Assembly: GCA_045598625.1 (NCBI GenBank)
Contig: JAZLML010000076.1
Coordinates: 15,525 to 79,524, forward strand
Reading direction: 5' to 3'
From: Saccharofermentans sp.
Lineage (GTDB): Bacteria > Bacillota > Clostridia > Saccharofermentanales > Saccharofermentanaceae
Length of the DNA stretch: 64,000 nt
Of the stretch, positions 57,807-64,000 are shown one piece after another (the stretch's first letter is position 1; each line of letters opens with the position of its first letter). Under the pieces are notes generated by a model. The model was not told where the DNA came from, made no database searches, and worked only from the letters and a program-made list of their open reading frames with translations. Made by a program: the position numbers and the translations under genes.

Positions 57807-60290
57807 TTACTTAAAAAACCTGTTCTCGAAGTTGAATACGGTAAGAGGTTTGCTGTAATAGTATCCCTGGAGTACGTCGGCGCCCATATCGCGTATGGAC
57901 TTGGACTGGGACTCGCTTTCGATACCCTCAACGCAGACCTGCTTCTTGATTGAGTGAGCAAGCATAGTGATAGCGGAAATAAATGACCTGTTAAATGCTA
58001 TGGTATCCATATCGTCAACAAAGGCTTTATCTATCTTAATCTCGTCTACCGGAAGTTCTCGCAGGTAATTAAACGAAGAATATCCCGTACCGAAGTCATC
58101 AAGAGCGATTCTTATATTCTCGCTTCTTAAACGGATAAGATTCTGACGGCATACGGCAATATTCTTCATGAGGGATGTCTCTGTAATCTCGAGAAGAATA
58201 TTCCTCGGGGAAAGATTATATCTTGCAAGCAAAACCAGGACGTCATTTACAAAATCCTTACGGACAACATCGTCAGCCGTACAGTTGATATGTACGTAGA
58301 AATTAGGGTCCGCACCGTTTTTGAGCCAGTTTGCGCACTGGTTCATGGCTCTTTCCATAATCCATGCACCGATTGTTTCCATCTGATCCGTGGACTCGAG
58401 AGCACTTACGACTCTTTCAGGGTTAACAAGTTCGCCGTTAGGAGCAATCCAACGAAGGAGGGCTTCTGCACCGACTACGCGTTCTGTTTGAGCGTCAACC
58501 AAAGGCTGATAGTAAAGCTGGAAACTGTCCATGTTGTTACGGATGGACTGAGAAATCTGGTGCTCAAAATCGACCTTTTCCTTAAGTTCGCGCTTATCCA
58601 TAGGAGAATAAATGGAATACTTAAGTTTCTTATCCTGCTTAACCTTGTGAAGTGCAATCTCGGCGTTATCCAAAAGTTCCTCGACGTTGGAGCCGCAGGA
58701 CGGATAGATGGATGCAGCCAAAGCATATGTGATGAAGAACGAACCGCGGCCTACTTCAAGCGGCTGGTTGCTTTCTTCCTGAAGATAATTCATATATTCG
58801 GTTACTCTTACACGAGAAGCATGCGGCCAGAGTATGCAGAAAATATCCACATCGATATGGTAAATCGCACAGCCTTCAGGAAGTCTCTTCTGAAGAACTT
58901 CGGCCAATGCAATCAATATCTCGTTACCTGTCGATCTTCCGTATCTGTCGTTATACGAATGGAAGCCGTTAATATCAATCAAAATCACAGATGCCGAAAG
59001 CAAATCTTTATTTCTGAATATTTCCTCGGCATCCGAAATCAAACGTTCACGCGTAGGAAGACCCGTAAGCTCGTCGCAGGATGCATTACGCTCCACGCCT
59101 TCCCTAACCTCATTCATTCGTGTAAGGTCGAAAACGGTTCCTACCACAACAAGACCCTGTTTGGAAGAGTCGTAGAAACTCTTGCCTCGGCAGGCTATCC
59201 AGATTCTGTGATTGGAAGCATCCATAACACGGAACTCGATAGAGAACTTCTCGAGCTGTCCGTCTGTAATCTGATGCATCATGTCCTTAAAACGCTTGCG
59301 GTCATCAGGATTTATATGTTCTGATATCGTTTCTACCACGGAACCCGATACCTCTGTATTAACATCCGGCAGAATTTCATGGATATTCTCCGAGAAAACA
59401 ACCTTCTCGTGCTTCATATCCGCATAGAACGTAATTGCCGAAGAACCTTCGATAAGATTGTTACGAATGGATTCGTCCTCGATAAAGCTTGTGATATCGG
59501 TAAAGCAACCTGTTACAAGCTGCGGGTCACCGTTAGGATTTCCGTCATAAGAAGCATCCGACATTCCGAGGGCACGAAGATGAATTTCTCCGCGGCTGGA
59601 AGACAGGAACTTATAGTCACCCGTCAGCGTATTGGACTGCTGAGAAATAAATGCTCTGACACCGGCGAAAAATCTCTCGCTGTCATCAGGATGAATATAT
59701 CTTCTGAATTCACGGGACGCATTCATTACCTTATAACTCATAAGGTCAAAAGCTTCTACTATTCTCTCGTTACAATAACAAACATCATAAACAATATCGT
59801 AAGCGAAAATATAAGCATCAATACCGTTACTTATAAGCTGTGACATAGCGCGTTCACGGATGGAAGGAGTAATGTCGTTTACTATACCGACGATATATAC
59901 TTTCTTCTCAATCATTACTGCCTGCATGTGAACAGCTACTTTACAAATATCGAAATTGCCTTTACGCAGTGAATGCTCAATGGTAATAATATCGCCGTTC
60001 ATAAGGATCAAGTCCTTAACGGCATCCTCAAACTGAATCTCTATTGAAGTTCTTTCGTCATCCGGAACAAGCTGGAGATAGGATGTAAGCAAAACGTCCT
60101 GCTTCACCATAGGTCCCAAGAAATCTTTCATGCCGTCCGTGAAGAACATTCTTCTTTCACGCGGAATCATAATAAAGGAACTTAAAATTACGGACGAAAT
60201 AATACCCGATATTTCATCGAGTGACGTACCGTCCAGGAGTTTCAACATCTCCTCGCGTCCCTTATATAAATCAAAATCGAAATTTTCCAC
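57807..60290 (-). CDS. PAS-domain c-di-GMP phosphodiesterase (degenerate GGDEF plus EAL)
   Basis: LTGLPTR, DINGFHSYNDRYG..GNEIL, HIDVDIF in place of GGDEF; EALLRW, EITE, LDDFGTGYSS, KIDK, EGIE, QGYY. Confidence 0.92.
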   Translation of the reverse strand: MENFDFDLYKGREEMLKLLDGTSLDEISGIISSVILSSFIMIPRERRMFFTDGMKDFLGPMVKQDVLLTSYLQLVPDDERTSIEIQFEDAVKDLILMNGDIITIEHSLRKGNFDICKVAVHMQAVMIEKKVYIVGIVNDITPSIRERAMSQLISNGIDAYIFAYDIVYDVCYCNERIVEAFDLMSYKVMNASREFRRYIHPDDSERFFAGVRAFISQQSNTLTGDYKFLSSSRGEIHLRALGMSDASYDGNPNGDPQLVTGCFTDITSFIEDESIRNNLIEGSSAITFYADMKHEKVVFSENIHEILPDVNTEVSGSVVETISEHINPDDRKRFKDMMHQITDGQLEKFSIEFRVMDASNHRIWIACRGKSFYDSSKQGLVVVGTVFDLTRMNEVREGVERNASCDELTGLPTRERLISDAEEIFRNKDLLSASVILIDINGFHSYNDRYGRSTGNEILIALAEVLQKRLPEGCAIYHIDVDIFCILWPHASRVRVTEYMNYLQEESNQPLEVGRGSFFITYALAASIYPSCGSNVEELLDNAEIALHKVKQDKKLKYSIYSPMDKRELKEKVDFEHQISQSIRNNMDSFQLYYQPLVDAQTERVVGAEALLRWIAPNGELVNPERVVSALESTDQMETIGAWIMERAMNQCANWLKNGADPNFYVHINCTADDVVRKDFVNDVLVLLARYNLSPRNILLEITETSLMKNIAVCRQNLIRLRSENIRIALDDFGTGYSSFNYLRELPVDEIKIDKAFVDDMDTIAFNRSFISAITMLAHSIKKQVCVEGIESESQSKSIRDMGADVLQGYYYSKPLTVFNFENRFFK

Positions 60291-60317
60291 TGTGAAAGTC
60301 CTTTTAAGCAGTTTTTA

Positions 60318-61148
60318 TTATTTTAACAGATTCAATATATAATTATAGAGTTCTTTTTTACTTTTATGTAACGATTGGCTTAAGTTTGAGGCAATTTCCT
60401 TGGTTGACATTCCCTCGTTCGAAAGTCTTATGATTTCGGCATCCAAATCAAAATCCGAAGAAACAGAATGCTTATCTTCGGCAGGAATTGGATCCATACA
60501 AATTACATACTCTCCTTTAGGCGGAGTCTCTTCGTAGTACTTCACCGCCTCATCCAAAGTCATACGAACTATCTGCTCGTATTTCTTGGTAAGTTCTCTG
60601 CAAAAAGCCGCACGGCATGAACCGAAGCCCGCTTCGCAAAGTTCGGATACGGTCTTTTGAAGTCTGTGCGGGGCCTCATATAAAACGATGGTTACGTTAA
60701 CGTCTCTTAATGCAGCAATACGGTCTTTACGCTCTTTTCCTTCCGACGGGATAAACCCTTCAAAATGATATCTTCTGGTTGAAATTCCGCTTAATGCAAG
60801 CGCCGTTACCGCAGCTACGGGGCCCGGCACTGCCGTAACGTCAAGGTTTTCGAGCTCGCAAAGTTTAACGAGGTCATATCCCGGATCACTTATGCAAGGC
60901 ATTCCCGCATCAGTTACCAAAGCAATATTCTTACCTTCCTTAAGCATCGATACCAAAACGGGACCTTTGGCAGCCTTGTTGTGCTCGTGATAGGAGAACA
61001 GCTTATTCTCGATGTCGAAGGATTTAAGAAGCATACCGGTTCTTCTCGTATCTTCGCAGGCAATCAAATCAACCTCGGACAGAACTTCGGCTGCGCGGGG
61101 TGACAAATCACCGATATTTCCTATTGGCGTTCCTACTAGATAAAGCAA
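60318..61148 (-). CDS. rsmI: 16S rRNA (cytidine1402-2'-O)-methyltransferase
   Basis: LYLVGTPIGNIGD, CEDTR, DAGMPCISDPG, YEAPHRL, RELTKKYE. Confidence 0.97.
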   Translation of the reverse strand: MLYLVGTPIGNIGDLSPRAAEVLSEVDLIACEDTRRTGMLLKSFDIENKLFSYHEHNKAAKGPVLVSMLKEGKNIALVTDAGMPCISDPGYDLVKLCELENLDVTAVPGPVAAVTALALSGISTRRYHFEGFIPSEGKERKDRIAALRDVNVTIVLYEAPHRLQKTVSELCEAGFGSCRAAFCRELTKKYEQIVRMTLDEAVKYYEETPPKGEYVICMDPIPAEDKHSVSSDFDLDAEIIRLSNEGMSTKEIASNLSQSLHKSKKELYNYILNLLK

Positions 61149-61939
61149 TCGGTATGTTCCTCCTCATATATTTTCAAAACTCTCCCGTCGGTGATTATAT
61201 CACCTGAAAGGTCATCTTTTGTATTCAAAATCAACGGCGGCAAAATTTTAAGTTCGGATGTTCCCGCGCCTTTTTTGCCTGCGGCAAGGAACATGCAGGC
61301 ATTTCTGTCATTAAAAGAGTGTACGCTTAAAAGATGCGTCATTGTAAGTCCGTTTCTTTGAAACGAAGCATAGACATCGTTAAAACGGTTACCCTTCATT
61401 ATCATGGTAACAAAACCTTTGGTGGTAACAACTCTCGATGAGGCTACTCTGATAAAATCGTCGATGCTGCCGTTCTCTTCAAAACGGGCATTGAGAACCA
61501 CATCGGATTTTGAAGAGGATGTTTTCGGACCCTTAGAGGAAGAAAAAAACGGCGGATTCATAAAAACCACATCATAGGAAGTGTTCTTAATCTCTGAAGG
61601 AAGCATACGGATATCGCAGTTAAACGGATTAATCTTTCCCTGAAGATTGTTAAGCTCAATATTTCGGCACAAAACCTTAAAAGAATCTTCCATCAGTTCG
61701 CAGGCATCGATCGATACATTCCCGTTTCTTGCATAAGTAAGTATCGAACAGGCGCCGCATCCGCTTCCGAGTTCCAAAAGCTTCGGAGTATCAGAAGATT
61801 TGCCGCGACGGATAAAGGACGCCGTAAACCAGGCAAGCAAAGCAGTATCGGTTCCGAATCTGAAACCGTCTTTAAGCTGGTAGTATTTGAACCCGCCTCT
61901 TTGCAAGTCCTCAAGAGTGCACCTGTCTTCTATTTTCAT
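61136..61939 (-). CDS. tRNA1(Val) adenine-N6-methyltransferase-like (YabB/TrmN6 family)
   Basis: FRFGTDT, LELGSGCG, NPPFF; start moved to ATG 61939. Confidence 0.85.
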   Translation of the reverse strand: MKIEDRCTLEDLQRGGFKYYQLKDGFRFGTDTALLAWFTASFIRRGKSSDTPKLLELGSGCGACSILTYARNGNVSIDACELMEDSFKVLCRNIELNNLQGKINPFNCDIRMLPSEIKNTSYDVVFMNPPFFSSSKGPKTSSSKSDVVLNARFEENGSIDDFIRVASSRVVTTKGFVTMIMKGNRFNDVYASFQRNGLTMTHLLSVHSFNDRNACMFLAAGKKGAGTSELKILPPLILNTKDDLSGDIITDGRVLKIYEEEHTDCFI

Positions 61940-61951
61940 ATCTTCCTTCAA

Positions 61952-61988
61952 AAATAAAAAAAGCTGCAGCACGTCAAAATGCTGCAGC
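61952..61988 (-). terminator. Terminator after the ferredoxin gene
   Basis: GCTGCAGCA-N8-TGCTGCAGC with an A-tract on the left. Confidence 0.75.
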
Positions 61989-62006
61989 CGATGAATCGCT
62001 TATATA

Positions 62007-62177
62007 TTATTCAGCAACGATAGCAGAAACCGGGCAACTAGCCTCGCAAGCTCCGCATCCGATGCATGTATCAGCATCAATGTTGTACTGTGTATCGCCC
62101 TGTGAAATAGCAGATACAGGACAGCCCTCAGCGCAACTTCCGCATGAAAGACAAGCGTCTGTAATTACATATGCCAT
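62007..62177 (-). CDS. 2[4Fe-4S] clostridial-type ferredoxin (56 aa; below the ORF-track cutoff)
   Basis: Manual translation MAYVITDACLSCGSCAEGCPVSAISQGDTQYNIDADTCIGCGACEASCPVSAIVAE; two CxxCxxCxxxCP motifs; RBS AAGGAGG. Confidence 0.97.
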   Translation of the reverse strand: MAYVITDACLSCGSCAEGCPVSAISQGDTQYNIDADTCIGCGACEASCPVSAIVAE

Positions 62178-62255
62178 TGGCGTAATCCTCCTTTAATATT
62201 TAAATGATTAATTGGATTATACATAAAAAATCAGAAATTTGAAATTAATTTTTTG

Positions 62256-63143
62256 TTACGTATCTTCCTTATCGTCGAAAACCTCATCGGAATCAGCCTT
62301 AAAATCCTTGGAAGGTCTATCATCGTGCTGTTTCGGATTAAGCGGCTCGAGCTGCGCCCAATCGAAAACATTCTGCTCAATCTCGTCGCCTCTGTCAAAC
62401 TTAACCGTAACCTTCTCCGACAAAAGATTAACCTCGGATACAACGCCGGTACCCATAGGGGTTCTTATTGTCTTTCCGTTTTTCGGAAGGCGTCGGTGAG
62501 CATCCTCATAGGCTTCCTTCTCAAACTGGAGACAGCACATAAGTCTTCCGCAGGAACCGTTAAGTTTGGTCGGATTTAATGAAAGGCCCTGATCACGTGC
62601 CATACGAAGAGATACCGGAGCAAAGTGATTAAGGAATGTACAGCAGCAAAGTTCTCTTCCGCATACGCCGATACCGCCTACAAGTTTTGCCTGGTCGCGG
62701 GAACCGATCTGGCGAAGTTCGATTCTTGCCTTGAAAGCAGCCGCAAGGTCTTTTACCAATTCACGGAAATCGACACGGTTATCGGATGTGAAGAAAAATA
62801 CGATTTTCTTTCCGTCAAATGCGAAAACAGCATCGATAAGGTTCATATCGAGCTTATGCTTCTCGATTAAAGCAAGACATTTCTCGTATGCTTCTCTCTC
62901 CTTAACCTTCTTGGTTTTGAAACGCTCAAGTTCTTTGTCGTTCGCAAGACGCAGAATCGGCAAGGTATCCTCCGGAACCGATTTAGGATTGATATCGAGA
63001 GGCTCCTCAACTACGTGTGCCAAATCAAGACCCAACGAGGTTTCAACCATTACGGCATCACCAATATTTAAGTTCAGACCGTCACATGTAAAACGGTAAC
63101 TCTTGCCCGCATCGTGAAAAGACACGTTTACTACTTTTGTCAT
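62256..63143 (-). CDS. ricT: PSP1-domain protein RicT/YaaT
   Basis: RVDFRELVKDLA, RIELRQIG.RD, G.CGRELCC, CGRLMCCL. Confidence 0.92.
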   Translation of the reverse strand: MTKVVNVSFHDAGKSYRFTCDGLNLNIGDAVMVETSLGLDLAHVVEEPLDINPKSVPEDTLPILRLANDKELERFKTKKVKEREAYEKCLALIEKHKLDMNLIDAVFAFDGKKIVFFFTSDNRVDFRELVKDLAAAFKARIELRQIGSRDQAKLVGGIGVCGRELCCCTFLNHFAPVSLRMARDQGLSLNPTKLNGSCGRLMCCLQFEKEAYEDAHRRLPKNGKTIRTPMGTGVVSEVNLLSEKVTVKFDRGDEIEQNVFDWAQLEPLNPKQHDDRPSKDFKADSDEVFDDKEDT

Positions 63144-64000
63144 TTTGTTAACTCCTTTTTAAGCTGCATCAATGCGTCGCAAACGCAGGACTCAAAATTA
63201 ACGTTCGCTTTTATTCTGTGTGAAAGCGTGTTAATCACTGTCGCAGCCTTTATGAAATTGTCGGTTTTGAGTTCGCTGTCAGAAGAAACGAACTCTGATA
63301 ATCTTTCTCGACAGTCGTTATTTACCACTCTGTCGGTATTCGGATTTTTGGAAAGGAAAACCAAATCTCCGATGAACCAAGTCAATAATAGCAAAATATC
63401 ATCCGTTCTGTCTTTGTTTTTGTCAAAAAGAGAATAATCGGTGTAAAGAATTTCCGTATAACTTCTCTTATTTATTCCCAAAAGCAAATCCAAAGTTTGC
63501 TTTTTAAGTTCCGTAAGTTCTTCGTCGCCGATGATTTTTAAGGCCTTTCCGATTATTCCTTCGGAAAATCTCACGCAAAATTCCATGGTCTTAACATCGG
63601 TATCGAAATCGTTCTCCTCGATGTACTTAAGTAAAGCACGTCTTACCTCGTCATCGGTATTCGGAGTAAATTTCAATGTTTCCACGCGGGACAAAACCGT
63701 GGGAAGTATTTTGGAATCATCGGAGCACGTAAAAATAAACGAGATATCCTCCGGCGGTTCCTCTATGGATTTTAAAAGAGCGTTTTGCGCAACGTTTTCG
63801 AGCTTGTCGGCGTTAATAAGATAAACCTTGCGGTGACTTATCTGCGATCCGATGTTAATCGAGGACAAACAGTTCTCACGTAAATCGTCGATTTTTATGT
63901 TCCGTTTGCCCTTTGCTGCCTCAAGAGATATGAAGTCCGGATGTGTTCCCGCATCAAAATAGGTGCAACTGTTGCATTTTCCGCACCCGCCGTCCTCTGT
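63140..64000 (-). CDS. holB: DNA polymerase III delta' subunit (5' end outside the window)
   Basis: CGKCNSC...HPDF, AQNALLKSIEEPP, TVLSR; the frame continues past base 64000. Confidence 0.93.
   Translation of the reverse strand, partial: TEDGGCGKCNSCTYFDAGTHPDFISLEAAKGKRNIKIDDLRENCLSSINIGSQISHRKVYLINADKLENVAQNALLKSIEEPPEDISFIFTCSDDSKILPTVLSRVETLKFTPNTDDEVRRALLKYIEENDFDTDVKTMEFCVRFSEGIIGKALKIIGDEELTELKKQTLDLLLGINKRSYTEILYTDYSLFDKNKDRTDDILLLLTWFIGDLVFLSKNPNTDRVVNNDCRERLSEFVSSDSELKTDNFIKAATVINTLSHRIKANVNFESCVCDALMQLKKELTK

Overview
A 64-kb chromosomal window from a low-GC Clostridia-class Firmicute (gene order and promoters are clostridial; finer taxonomy is inference only). Nearly all genes are on the minus strand and most are housekeeping: dnaB(partial)-rplI-rpsR-ssb-rpsF; a Sua5/TsaC-LMW-phosphatase fusion, prfA, mutS2, pfkA, dnaE, uvrB, nadE, pncA; an ABC exporter, dtd, a GtrII-like glycosyltransferase, rodA, lgt; the rimP-nusA-ylxR-ylxQ-infB-rbfA-nrnA-truB-ribF operon; mscL; the mtaB-ireB-ruvX-DUF1292 cluster extended by a CPBP protease and a 1017-aa GH51-like surface protein; rnr, secG, a Ca2+ P-type ATPase; tRNA-Val/Asp/Phe; tatD, metG, a PAS-GGDEF(degenerate)-EAL protein, rsmI, a tRNA methyltransferase, a ferredoxin missed by the ORF track, ricT/PSP1 and holB(partial). 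Accessory or unexplained DNA: (1) an intergenic array of ~36-bp palindromes with conserved GCGTATAG/CTATACGC arms, covarying inner stems and an 84/84/83-bp period (36051-36464); (2) a candidate pseudoknotted ncRNA between two convergent terminators (34459-34640); (3) a ~2.2-kb insertion between secG and rnr holding a decayed IS21 element, an LRR gene and an att-like end. No CRISPR-cas, rRNA, integrase or reverse transcriptase is visible. Protein family calls rest on motifs read by eye; no database search was run.
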